Below, piece by piece: positions 29,773 to 39,213 of a stretch of 64,000 nt of DNA. Origin of the DNA: Candidatus Omnitrophota bacterium (lineage in GTDB: Bacteria > Omnitrophota > Gorgyraeia > Zapsychrales > Zapsychraceae); assembly GCA_015233495.1 (NCBI GenBank), contig JADFXQ010000001.1:68045-132044 (forward strand). The letters run 5' to 3'. Position 1 is the stretch's first letter; every line of letters begins with the position of its first letter. The translations under genes and the position numbers were made by a program. The notes below the pieces were generated by a model, which worked only from the letters and a program-made list of their open reading frames with translations, was not told where the DNA came from and did not search any database.

Positions 29773-31083
29773 TTATCCCTTAACCTTCCCCCGGCCGACC
29801 CCGTAATATTCAAAACCCAGCGCGGCCAAATCCGCTGCCGCGTAAAGATTGCGCCCGTCAAAAATAACCGGTTGTTTCATCAAGGATTTTATTTTGCGAA
29901 AATCCAGATCCTGAAATTCCGGCCATTCGGTCAAAACGATGCAGCAATCACATCCTTTCGCCAGATCATACACATCCCGGCTATAAACCACATTTTTAAA
30001 AATCAACCGGGCCTGCGCCATCGCCTGAGGATCAAAGGCCTTAATCCGCGCCCCTTCGTGCTGCAGGGTTTTAATCACGCTGATCGACGGGGCGCTGCGC
30101 ATATCATCGGTATTGGGTTTAAACGCCAACCCCAAAACGCCAATGGTCTTGCCCTTGACATTCCATAATTTATCTTCGACCAATTTCAAAAATGCCGCTC
30201 CTTGGTCTTCGTTTACCTGCCGCACCTGCTTCAGCAGTTGAAAATCATATCCGTTTTTTTCGGCAAGCCGAATAAAAGCGTCAACGTCTTTTGGAAAACA
30301 ACTACCGCCATATCCGATCCCGGCGTCCAAAAACGAACGACCGATCCGTTTATCAAATCCCATCCCTTCCGCGACTTTCAGAACATCCGCGCCTACCCGG
30401 TCGCAGATCTGCGCCACCGCGTTGATGAATGAAATTTTCGCCGCTAAAAACGAGTTAGAAGCATGTTTGATCATCTCCGCGGAATTGATATTCGTCACGA
30501 CCATGCGGGCGGCCAGTGGTTTATAAATATCCCGCAAAATCCGTTCGGCGCGTTTGGATTCCACCCCGATCACCACCCGGTCCGGATTCATAAAATCATG
30601 AACCGCCGATCCTTCCCGTAAAAATTCCGGATTGGACGCCACGTCAAATTCCAGGGTTTTATTTTTCGGAAGATTGAGCCGGATCGTCCGGGCGACGCGC
30701 TGTCCGGTTTCCGCGGGCACCGTCGATTTCTCGACGATCAAACGATAGCCGTCTAAACACCGCGCGATTTCCCGCGCCACGTTTTCCACATAAGTCAAAT
30801 CCGCGTCGCCGTTTTTCTTTGAGGGAGTGCCGACCGCGATAAAAATCACTTCAGTTTGTTTCACCGCCGCTTTGATCGAAACGGAAAACGACAGCCGTTT
30901 GCTTTTCATATTTTTCTTTAACAGCGGCTCTAATCCCGGCTCATAAATCGGAACCATTCCTTGGTTCAATTGCTTTATTTTTTCCCGGTCCACGTCGACA
31001 CAAATTACCGTATGCCCGGTTTCCGCCAGACAAACCCCGGTCACCAACCCGACATAACCCGAACCAATGATAGCAATGTTCAT
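29773..31083 (-). CDS. ugd: UDP-glucose 6-dehydrogenase
   Basis: MNIAIIGSGYVG, GGSCFPKD catalytic Cys motif, 437 aa after the start was reset. Confidence 0.85.
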   Translation of the reverse strand: MNIAIIGSGYVGLVTGVCLAETGHTVICVDVDREKIKQLNQGMVPIYEPGLEPLLKKNMKSKRLSFSVSIKAAVKQTEVIFIAVGTPSKKNGDADLTYVENVAREIARCLDGYRLIVEKSTVPAETGQRVARTIRLNLPKNKTLEFDVASNPEFLREGSAVHDFMNPDRVVIGVESKRAERILRDIYKPLAARMVVTNINSAEMIKHASNSFLAAKISFINAVAQICDRVGADVLKVAEGMGFDKRIGRSFLDAGIGYGGSCFPKDVDAFIRLAEKNGYDFQLLKQVRQVNEDQGAAFLKLVEDKLWNVKGKTIGVLGLAFKPNTDDMRSAPSISVIKTLQHEGARIKAFDPQAMAQARLIFKNVVYSRDVYDLAKGCDCCIVLTEWPEFQDLDFRKIKSLMKQPVIFDGRNLYAAADLAALGFEYYGVGRGKVKG

Positions 31084-31123
31084 ATTTTTTGATATCCTTT
31101 GCGCGGTTAAACAACCTTCCGGC

Positions 31124-33235
31124 TTAAATCTCTTGTCCAGCCTTGCGCTTGGCAAACCCGGTGCCGCCGCCGACATTGATAGACGGAAACGCCTTAAGCC
31201 GGAAAATCAACATGATTTCGCTGCCCTCGCCCTTTTTGTTAGTCAGCGAAGTTTCCACGGTCCAGCTGTGCAAATCCCGCGTGACCGTGTAGCCCTGTTC
31301 CTTAAGTTTCGAAGCTTTCAAATCAAACCGGTCAAACACATGGAGCGTCCATTTTTTATTCACATCCCAATGCAGGTCGGTAGTCACCTGATCATCCGCG
31401 TCCCGGGCCCAGCGTTTCCCCACATCGAGTCCCCAGCCTTTGCCGTTAATGTACGCATCGAAATTCACCGCACTCCAATGTCTCTGCCGCGGATCATATC
31501 CGGAATCAAAATACAAAGTAAGCCAATCCACCGGACGAAAATCAATGTTCGAAGTAATCGTGTCAAACCCGCCTTTGCGCGGGTCTTCTTTCAAATGAAA
31601 ATCCGTGCCCAGCACCGCGCGCAGCAGTTCGACCGTCTTGTCGTTCCGTTTCGTCTGCAATTTATTTTCTAAAGAAAAATTGATGTTATGAATATTCGTG
31701 ATCGTGTCCACGCTGTCAAAGGCATCCAGCGTGGTGGCTGGCACAGTTGGCTTGTTCTGAAAGTCATAGGAAACGGTTGGCGTGATGATATGGCGCAGCC
31801 GGTTGATTTCCAGTCCATAGGCGTTCATCTGCGCTTCATAAATACGATAAAATTTGGTGCTGACACTTGCCCCGGTTTTAAACACGGCGCGCGTGATATT
31901 GGAGCGGGAAATGTCGTGGGTGCGGCTGTAGTATGTTTCTTCCTGCCCGACATACGGCTTAAATTCGAAAATATGGACCTTCATCGGATACGATAAAATG
32001 TTATCCGTATCCAAACGCATGGTCTTCAAACGACTGACGCTCGGCGCGGCCTGTTCATTGGCCAAATTGGAATAGGTCGTCGCGTTTCTCCAATAAAGCC
32101 CCGAATCCCCCAGCTCAAAATTGGCCATGTCATAACGGACTTCCGGCAGACGCTCGACCTGACTGGTAAACGTATTGACCCGTTTATCCGCCCGCAGGCT
32201 CAAAATCCCTTTCGACAATGTCCGCGTCAAAAGAAAAAACGTCTGCGGATTGCTGTCGCGGTCATACTCCCTTTGGAAAAAATCTTTCAAAAAACGGCTG
32301 TCGCTTAATTTATAAAACTGCATCACCGCGTTGGTCTGCTTATCCATCTGCCATTGATGCCGCCATTCGACCTTATACCGGGTATGTTGAATTTTATAAA
32401 CATCCGTCTTATCCGTGGTGGTTAAGGATTTGTCAGTAAGATAATAGGTGCGCAATAAACCGTTTCCCAAGGAAGGGGTTTTATAAGCGGTATCCAAACC
32501 ATAGCCCATGCCGATCAATTGCCGGTAATCGGCGTGCACAACCGCTTTCAAATGCTCGTCCCCGAAATAGCGCCACTGGCCCAGTAAAAACGCTCCCCAG
32601 CGCTTTTTATAACCGGGAATAACTTCCCACTGGGGTTTGGGATTTTGTAAATTTTGCGAAATCTTCGGAATATACATCAAAGGCACGTTGCCGACTTTCA
32701 TCAGAACATTGCGGGCGATAACCTTATCCTGCGGATAAATTTCGATCTGATCGGCAAACATCCGATATTCCGGATCATCCCAGTCGGAAGTGGTCATATA
32801 ACCTTTAGACATCACCAACTTATCCCCCTGCAGTTTGGTAATCAAATCCGTATATCCGTAAAGCGGGGGCATAAAAATTTTCGCTTGGCGGAATTCGCCT
32901 TTTTGCGTCGCAAAGTTATACTCCAGTTCATTGCCGGCAACCTCGCCTTTTTTGGTGCGCAAACGAACATGGCCTTTCGCGTGCGCATTTTTCGTTTTTT
33001 GCTCAAAAGTGACCATGTCGCAGGTCAGTGTCGAATCCTGATAAATAATTTTCACATTGCCCTTGGCGGTGATCAGACTTCCATCCACCGAATATTCCAC
33101 AGTGTCCCCATTCAGCTCTACGGAAGACGCGGGCGAAGAGACCGCGGCAAAACCTCTCCCCGTCCCGGCTAAAACAACCGACAAAAGCATCAATACCGCT
33201 TTTAATGGAAAATTCCAGGTTTCGCGCTTTGTCAT
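31124..33235 (-). CDS. lptD: LPS-assembly protein LptD (OstA family)
   Basis: Signal peptide. N-terminal OstA/LptA-like repeats (GNVKIIY...GHVRL...) and a ~550-aa C-terminal beta-barrel. Confidence 0.7.
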   Translation of the reverse strand: MTKRETWNFPLKAVLMLLSVVLAGTGRGFAAVSSPASSVELNGDTVEYSVDGSLITAKGNVKIIYQDSTLTCDMVTFEQKTKNAHAKGHVRLRTKKGEVAGNELEYNFATQKGEFRQAKIFMPPLYGYTDLITKLQGDKLVMSKGYMTTSDWDDPEYRMFADQIEIYPQDKVIARNVLMKVGNVPLMYIPKISQNLQNPKPQWEVIPGYKKRWGAFLLGQWRYFGDEHLKAVVHADYRQLIGMGYGLDTAYKTPSLGNGLLRTYYLTDKSLTTTDKTDVYKIQHTRYKVEWRHQWQMDKQTNAVMQFYKLSDSRFLKDFFQREYDRDSNPQTFFLLTRTLSKGILSLRADKRVNTFTSQVERLPEVRYDMANFELGDSGLYWRNATTYSNLANEQAAPSVSRLKTMRLDTDNILSYPMKVHIFEFKPYVGQEETYYSRTHDISRSNITRAVFKTGASVSTKFYRIYEAQMNAYGLEINRLRHIITPTVSYDFQNKPTVPATTLDAFDSVDTITNIHNINFSLENKLQTKRNDKTVELLRAVLGTDFHLKEDPRKGGFDTITSNIDFRPVDWLTLYFDSGYDPRQRHWSAVNFDAYINGKGWGLDVGKRWARDADDQVTTDLHWDVNKKWTLHVFDRFDLKASKLKEQGYTVTRDLHSWTVETSLTNKKGEGSEIMLIFRLKAFPSINVGGGTGFAKRKAGQEI

Positions 33236-34185
33236 TTGAATTTTGTCATTTGAATTTTGTCATTTGTCATTAATAAACCCGCTCCGATCACGCCCGCGTC
33301 ATCGCCTAATTTCGCCGCCGCCACTTTAACTAACTGCGCGGGAACTCCCATTGCCCGTTCGCGGATCGTGGCGGCAATCGCTGTTTTCATAAAACGCAAA
33401 CTTTTCGCGACCCCGCCGCCTATCACAATAAGACGCGGATTTAATAAATTAACCGCCCCGACTAAACCATACCCAACCACTGTGCCGACCCCATACCAAA
33501 AATCCAAAGCCCGGCTATCGCCCCGCGCTGCTAAGGCGTAAACATCTTCTAATGTGATATCTTGGCGTTTAAAAAAATCCCGCGCTCCAGCCAAGAGAGT
33601 GGCATTGCCGACATAACGCTCAAAACAAGCCCGCCCGCCGCAATTGCACGCCGGCCCGTTTTCATTGAGCGGCACATGACCCAGCTCGCCCGCGCAAAAC
33701 CCTTCGCCGCGATACAATTTGCCCTCTAAAATCAAACCCGCGCCCACCCCCGTACCCAGCGTCATACAAATCATGTTCCGGTAGCCCCGTCCGGCTCCGA
33801 ATTTCGCCTCCGCCAGAGCCATACCATTGACATCATTATCTACCCGGACCGGTAACCCTAATTTTGCTTCTGCCAATTTCTGCAAAGGCACATTTTTCCA
33901 CCCAAAAATATTCGTCAAAGTCAAAACCACGCCCCGGTCAAAATCCACCAAACCCGGCACGCCAAAACCCACGCCTTGCACCTGATCTTGACGCAGTCCC
34001 CGCGCCGCTAAAAGCCCGGCCACACTTTCGACCACCGCTTGAATCAGACATTCTTTATCCGCGGCCACCTCGGCGGTCTTGATCCGGCCTCGGGCCACAA
34101 TCTCCCCGGCATCCGAGACGATACCCAGTTTAATATTCGTGCCGCCAATATCAACGCCAATCACATAATTTTTCTTATACATCAT
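33232..34185 (-). CDS. ROK family sugar kinase (glucokinase-like)
   Basis: VIGVDIGGTNIKLGIV, and an EAGHxP ROK motif including a CxCGxxGC zinc motif. Confidence 0.75.
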   Translation of the reverse strand: MMYKKNYVIGVDIGGTNIKLGIVSDAGEIVARGRIKTAEVAADKECLIQAVVESVAGLLAARGLRQDQVQGVGFGVPGLVDFDRGVVLTLTNIFGWKNVPLQKLAEAKLGLPVRVDNDVNGMALAEAKFGAGRGYRNMICMTLGTGVGAGLILEGKLYRGEGFCAGELGHVPLNENGPACNCGGRACFERYVGNATLLAGARDFFKRQDITLEDVYALAARGDSRALDFWYGVGTVVGYGLVGAVNLLNPRLIVIGGGVAKSLRFMKTAIAATIRERAMGVPAQLVKVAAAKLGDDAGVIGAGLLMTNDKIQMTKFK

Positions 34186-34344
34186 AATTTGAAGAAAGAA
34201 GTAACTCTATGATTATTAAGGATTTTCGACTGAAACACTTAGACTCGCCACTGCCAGACTTGTTACAAAATTGCGGTTATTTTACACGATAAGATTTAAG
34301 GAAGCAACTTGAATTTAAGAAGGAAATTACCCCGGGGTTGCGGA

Positions 34345-34704
34345 TCATGTCTCCAGGCTGAACGACGGCAGGGCATCGGAACTTTTATCTAGGAGTTTTT
34401 TAAGACGGCTCATAGATTCGTCTTCCATTTTCGTGAAATAAAAAGCAAAACCTTCGCCGGCCACGATCCGGGAAATGCGCGCCATACCTTGAATAAGGTT
34501 GTGTTCATTGCCGGGAGCGGACGGAAAAGCGAAACCGATCTCGTCGCTTAACTTCAAAAACACGTTTTCCCGTATGCGGATAAACGCGCTCTTTAAAGAG
34601 ATGTCCTTCAGCCGTCCGTTTAAAGTTAATTGCTCTCCGATACGAATCTGGGCCGGCAAGTCCGAATTGTATCGCGATTCCCTGCGTAAATTTTGCGTTT
34701 CCAT
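34345..34704 (-). CDS. PilZ domain c-di-GMP receptor
   Basis: RRESRY (RxxxR) followed by LKDISLKSAFI (D/NxSxxG-like) PilZ motifs. 119 aa. Confidence 0.65.
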   Translation of the reverse strand: METQNLRRESRYNSDLPAQIRIGEQLTLNGRLKDISLKSAFIRIRENVFLKLSDEIGFAFPSAPGNEHNLIQGMARISRIVAGEGFAFYFTKMEDESMSRLKKLLDKSSDALPSFSLET

Positions 34705-34745
34705 ATTGAACGCTCCTTTAATAGTTTACCTATGCAAACTCTCTT

Positions 34746-35795
34746 TTATAAATGCTGCTTTCCCGCAGCTTTATCTGTGTAAACCCCGACTGCCGCCACT
34801 CGGTTTCTCCCCTGCTGTTTCGCGCGATAGAGCGCCCAATCCGCTTTTTCAAGAATTTCCTCCGCGGTTTTACCGTCTTGCGGGAACGTGGCAATGCCGA
34901 TGCTCAGGGTGACTTGATACGTTCCGTCATAAGCCCTGACTACGGTCTTTTCCATAGCTAAACGGATACGTTCCGCGGCATACTTCGCGCCGTCCGATCC
35001 GGTATCCGGCAATATCACGCAAAATTCTTCCCCGCCAAAGCGGCCATCAATATCAATCTCCCGGATATTGGTCTTAATCACTTGCCCGACCTCCCGCAAT
35101 ACCTGATCGCCGGTAAAGTGGCCGTATTGATCATTAAAAGTTTTAAAATGATCCACGTCTGCCATAAGAAAAGAAACCTCGGTTTTATGGTTTTTCGAGC
35201 GGCTTACCTCTTCCGCGAAACGCTCCAAAGCGTAACGCCGGGTGTGCACCGCAGTCAAACTGTCGGTGATCGCGATTCTTTCGATTTCTTCATACAACTT
35301 GACCCGGCGCAAAGCCAAAGCAAACTGATGTCCCAAGATCATCAACTTATCTTCTTCCTGGGCAGGCATCCCGGTCACCACCAAATATCCCAGGCGCCGG
35401 CGTTTAACATGCAGCGAGAATACAAAAACCTGGTCTGGCGTCCAGTAATGGTTTCCTTTATGCGGGAGGTTGATGGCCTCGGGTAAAACATCGAGAAGCA
35501 GACACTCGGCGAACCGGACGTGTTCCCTTAATTTCTTTTTGAACAACTCCAAAGCCTCCGCTTCCTTTTGGGACTGGGTAATATCTTTAGTCATTTCATA
35601 GAGAGTAAAAATCTGAATCGCCCGGTCTTCCAAAGCCATTTTTTGATCGAAATACGCATTTTTCTCCGCTACGCATTTTTGATAATCGGCTTGCTGGTCT
35701 GCCAGCTTCTTTTCTAACCGGACAAACACCCGCCGGACAAGATAGCGGGAGGCCAGCATCACCACTGCGACATAAACAATTAAAAAGCCAATCAT
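34746..35795 (-). CDS. membrane-anchored GAF-like/GGDEF diguanylate cyclase
   Basis: N-terminal TM and a coiled region. GGEEF active site with the RYGGEEF context and the RxxD I-site region. Confidence 0.85.
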   Translation of the reverse strand: MIGFLIVYVAVVMLASRYLVRRVFVRLEKKLADQQADYQKCVAEKNAYFDQKMALEDRAIQIFTLYEMTKDITQSQKEAEALELFKKKLREHVRFAECLLLDVLPEAINLPHKGNHYWTPDQVFVFSLHVKRRRLGYLVVTGMPAQEEDKLMILGHQFALALRRVKLYEEIERIAITDSLTAVHTRRYALERFAEEVSRSKNHKTEVSFLMADVDHFKTFNDQYGHFTGDQVLREVGQVIKTNIREIDIDGRFGGEEFCVILPDTGSDGAKYAAERIRLAMEKTVVRAYDGTYQVTLSIGIATFPQDGKTAEEILEKADWALYRAKQQGRNRVAAVGVYTDKAAGKQHL

Positions 35796-35828
35796 CGATT
35801 CCCCGTCTCTGCCCTATCGCCTCGGGCC

Positions 35829-37187
35829 TTATACATAGCACACACGGTTACGGCCTTGCTCTTTAGCCCGATATAATGACTGGTCTGCCTGGGCGATCAA
35901 TTCATCTTTATCCCGGCCGTCCTGCGGAAAAGCGGCGACCCCGATAGAAATCGTGACGCGCGTCCGCTCCCGGCGCAAAAAAATCGTCTGCCCGGCAATT
36001 TTCTCCCTCAGCCCTTCGGCCAATTCCGCAGCTTTCGTCTTCGAACAGTCCGGCAATAAAACACAGAATTCTTCTCCGCCATAACGCGCCACCAAACTGC
36101 CCGGAATATGACTGAAATAATCCGTCATGGCCATCGCCGCCGTCTTCAGCACAATATCGCCAGCTACATGGCCAAACCGGTCGTTATAATCTTTAAATTT
36201 GTCCAAATCCATCATCAAAAAAGCCAAGGATTCCTGCCTGCGAACGTGTCGGCTGATCTCCTGCGCTATGCGCCCCATCAAATAGCGGCGTTGATACAAA
36301 TTGGTCAAGCCGTCAAAAATCGCCAATTGCTCCGCGCGTTCATACAACTGCGCATTTTCCACGGCGACCGCGGCTAAATCGGCGATCGCCGCGAGAAAAC
36401 GCAAATCATCGGTCGTAAAAAATTTTTCCCGGGGATGATCGACACGCAAAATTCCCAAAGTCCGTTGACCCACGACAAGCGGAACGCTGATCAAAGAACC
36501 GACTACCCGAGAGTCCTCCCCGGCGATTTTTTCTACGTCAAACCGATAATCGCCCCGGCTGTCTTCCACCAAAAGCGGCTGCAAGGTTTTGACTACCCAA
36601 CGGTCAAACGCGTCACCCTGCTTCGATTTGATACTAACGCGGTTCAGCCCTTTTTGCGACGACGAAATTCCAAACTCTCCGGTTTTCGCGTGAAATAAAT
36701 AAAGGATCACGGTGGCCTCGGAGCCTTTACCGGCGGCAATCAAACGATGCGCCTCATTAGTCAGCATCTTCGAGGTGTCAAGTGTGTAGAGGCACTGGCC
36801 TAACAATTCCGTGAGGTCTTTTAACTTGGCTAAAAGCGCAATTTTGTCTTCAAGCGCGGCTATGGCTTTCGTTTCCGCGGCAATTTCCGCGGTCACCAAA
36901 TTACGCGACTCAAAAATATCCTGCGATTTAAAATTATGTTCCGCTTGATAAGCGGACAGCCTTTTACCCCAATAAAAAAAATAAAGGATCAAACAAAATA
37001 AAGCGGCAGCCAAATTGATAAAAAAACGGGGGTCCTGTTTAATCGCAAAATGAAAAAAAAACGCCAAGGGAAACCCAAATAAGGCGAGGAAATAGAGGAC
37101 TTGCTCAGATGATCGTTTTTTCAGTAACGGGATCAAAGAAATGCACCTTGCCCATGTTAAACACAACCTCCATGTCCCGATTGACAT
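35829..37187 (-). CDS. membrane-anchored GAF-GGDEF diguanylate cyclase (start uncertain)
   Basis: GAF region (LISVPLVVGQRTLGILRV) and GGEEF motif. A tandem paralog of the neighbouring DGC. The ORF-track start overlaps the ABC ATPase 3' end by ~80 nt, so the true start is probably a downstream alternative codon near 37127. Confidence 0.75.
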   Translation of the reverse strand: MSIGTWRLCLTWARCISLIPLLKKRSSEQVLYFLALFGFPLAFFFHFAIKQDPRFFINLAAALFCLILYFFYWGKRLSAYQAEHNFKSQDIFESRNLVTAEIAAETKAIAALEDKIALLAKLKDLTELLGQCLYTLDTSKMLTNEAHRLIAAGKGSEATVILYLFHAKTGEFGISSSQKGLNRVSIKSKQGDAFDRWVVKTLQPLLVEDSRGDYRFDVEKIAGEDSRVVGSLISVPLVVGQRTLGILRVDHPREKFFTTDDLRFLAAIADLAAVAVENAQLYERAEQLAIFDGLTNLYQRRYLMGRIAQEISRHVRRQESLAFLMMDLDKFKDYNDRFGHVAGDIVLKTAAMAMTDYFSHIPGSLVARYGGEEFCVLLPDCSKTKAAELAEGLREKIAGQTIFLRRERTRVTISIGVAAFPQDGRDKDELIAQADQSLYRAKEQGRNRVCYV

Positions 37188-38211
37188 CCGGACGGTTGTG
37201 AGCTCCGACCCGGGCGATAAAGGTATTTTTCCCGGAATTAAGATACAAATAAACTTCTGATCCTAAAGGCTCCACCACTTCGCAGACCGCTCGGACCGTA
37301 TTATCCGCGGCCGCTTCCGCAATGAACAACCGGTCATAAATATCCTCCGGTCTGATCCCCAGGATGAGCTCTTTTCCTTCCCAAGCAGAAAAGATTTTAT
37401 ACATATCTTCGACTAATTTTACCTGAAACCGTCCCTCATCAAAATAATATTTCTTTTCCTTCTTGATGATCCGGCCAGGAATCAAATTGATCGGCGGCGA
37501 CCCCATGAACCCCGCGACAAATTTGTTCGCCGGTTTTTCATAAATCGTGATCGGGTCCGCGCACTGTTGGATTTTGCCGTCACGCATCACCACGATCCGG
37601 TCGCCCAAAGTCATCGCCTCGACCTGATCATGGGTGACATAGACGAATGTGGCCCGAAGCCGCAGGCGCAATTTATGGATTTCCGTGCGCATCTGGAGGC
37701 GCATCTTCGCGTCCAAATTGCTTAAAGGCTCATCAAATAAAAACACCAGCGGTTTGCGGACAATCGCCCGTCCCAAGGCGACGCGCTGCATCTCTCCGCC
37801 GGAAAGCTGGGCCGGCCGGCGGCGCAAGATCGGATTGATTCCCAGAATTTCCGCGGCTTCATGCACGCGGCGTTCAATCTCCGGTTTGGGATACCGGCGC
37901 ATCCGCAGGCCAAATGACATATTTTCATAAACCGTCATGTGCGGATAAAGCGCGTAATTCTGAAAAACCATGGCAATATCGCGGTCTTTCGCCGGAACAT
38001 TGTTGACCAACCGGTCGCCGATCCAGATCTTTCCGTCGGAAACCTCTTCCAGCCCCGCGATCATCCGCAAGGTAGTGGATTTCCCGCAGCCGGAAGGCCC
38101 GACGAGCACAATGAATTCTTTGTTCTCAATGCCCAGCGAGACGTTGTCAACCGCTTTGACCGCGCCGCTTTTATATACTTTCGAAACATTACGGAGGCTG
38201 ATTTGAGCCAT
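37105..38211 (-). CDS. ABC transporter ATP-binding protein, carbohydrate-import MalK/UgpC/MsmX family (orphan, no adjacent permeases)
   Basis: Walker A GPSGCGKST, LSGGEMQRV signature, Walker B LFLFDEPLSNLD, and a C-terminal TOBE-like domain. Confidence 0.85.
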   Translation of the reverse strand: MAQISLRNVSKVYKSGAVKAVDNVSLGIENKEFIVLVGPSGCGKSTTLRMIAGLEEVSDGKIWIGDRLVNNVPAKDRDIAMVFQNYALYPHMTVYENMSFGLRMRRYPKPEIERRVHEAAEILGINPILRRRPAQLSGGEMQRVALGRAIVRKPLVFLFDEPLSNLDAKMRLQMRTEIHKLRLRLRATFVYVTHDQVEAMTLGDRIVVMRDGKIQQCADPITIYEKPANKFVAGFMGSPPINLIPGRIIKKEKKYYFDEGRFQVKLVEDMYKIFSAWEGKELILGIRPEDIYDRLFIAEAAADNTVRAVCEVVEPLGSEVYLYLNSGKNTFIARVGAHNRPDVNRDMEVVFNMGKVHFFDPVTEKTII

Positions 38212-38228
38212 AAGAGTAATGACAAAAT

Positions 38229-39071
38229 TCAAATCACAAAATATCCGATCAATTTTGCCAGCGTGGACTTCATTTCTTTGCGCGAAACAATCATATCGAT
38301 CAGGCCGTGCGCCATCAAAAATTCCGAACGCTGAAATCCTCCCGGCAGCTTCTGCCGGATCGTTTGTTCAATAACCCGCGGCCCGGCAAAACCCACCAAA
38401 GCCCGCGGCTCAGCGATAATTATATCGCCCACCCCGGCGAACGAAGCCATAATCCCGCCCATGGTCGGATCAGTCAATACGGAAATGTAAAGCAATCCGG
38501 ATTCCTGATGCTTGCCTATTGCCGCGCAAGTTTTCGCCATCTGCATCAAAGAAATCGCGCCCTCATACATCCGCGCCCCGCCGCCAGACCCCGAAACAAT
38601 AATCATTGGCAAACGCTGCCGCGTTGCCGCCTCAACCGCGCGGGTTATCCGCTCCCCAACCACTGATCCCATTGACCCCATAATGAACCGGGAATCCGTA
38701 ACCCCCAAAACCACGTCACGTCCTTCTATCTTGCCTTGCCCGGTGATCACCGCGTCCTTCAACCCGGTCAGCGCTTGATCGCCTTCAATTTTCTGCTGAT
38801 ACGTTTTCGGGCCTTTAAAAACCAACGGATCCCGGGAAGTCAACGCCGCGTCCATTTCCGTAAAAGTGTTTTCGTCCATGAGCAGACTGACCCTCTGCGG
38901 CGCGGTCAGGACGATATGATAATTGCATTTTGGACAAACATTCTCGTTAATGTCCAAATCTTTTTTATGGTTGGCCGCAGAACATTCCGGACATTTATGC
39001 CATAACCCGGCCGGAATCTCTTTTTTCTTTACGGTCACCAACGTAAATTTACTGCGTCCAAAAAGAGCCAT
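38229..39071 (-). CDS. accD: acetyl-CoA carboxylase carboxyltransferase beta subunit
   Basis: N-terminal zinc ribbon CPECSAANHKKDLDINENVCPKCNYH and a carboxyltransferase domain. Confidence 0.9.
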   Translation of the reverse strand: MALFGRSKFTLVTVKKKEIPAGLWHKCPECSAANHKKDLDINENVCPKCNYHIVLTAPQRVSLLMDENTFTEMDAALTSRDPLVFKGPKTYQQKIEGDQALTGLKDAVITGQGKIEGRDVVLGVTDSRFIMGSMGSVVGERITRAVEAATRQRLPMIIVSGSGGGARMYEGAISLMQMAKTCAAIGKHQESGLLYISVLTDPTMGGIMASFAGVGDIIIAEPRALVGFAGPRVIEQTIRQKLPGGFQRSEFLMAHGLIDMIVSRKEMKSTLAKLIGYFVI

Positions 39072-39131
39072 AAAGCAAAATCCCTTTTAACTTTTTTCCT
39101 AAAACAAAGTCCGAATAACTTTTTCCATTTT

Positions 39132-39204
39132 CCCTCCCCCCGGCCTTCCGGGAGGCCTGCCTGCCGGAAGGCTGTGGGGGAGGGGCAGGGGTGGGGGTGA
39201 GGGG
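39132..39204. promoter_or_regulatory. GC-rich extended hairpin flanked by C-tract and G4-capable G-tracts between DUF1015 gene and accD
   Basis: ccctccccccGGCCTTCCGG-gaggcctgcctg-CCGGAAGGCtgtgggggaggg is a ~20-bp stem. It is followed by gggg-a-gggg-ca-gggg-t-ggggg-t-gagggg. There is no U-tract. Confidence 0.4.
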
Positions 39205-39213
39205 AACGGCCGC

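Noticed and set aside
39121-39213. Classic Rho-independent terminator for the DUF1015 gene
   Set aside because: A strong GC hairpin exists but it lacks the following U-tract on the transcribed (minus) strand. It is reported instead as a hairpin / C-rich / G4 element of uncertain function.
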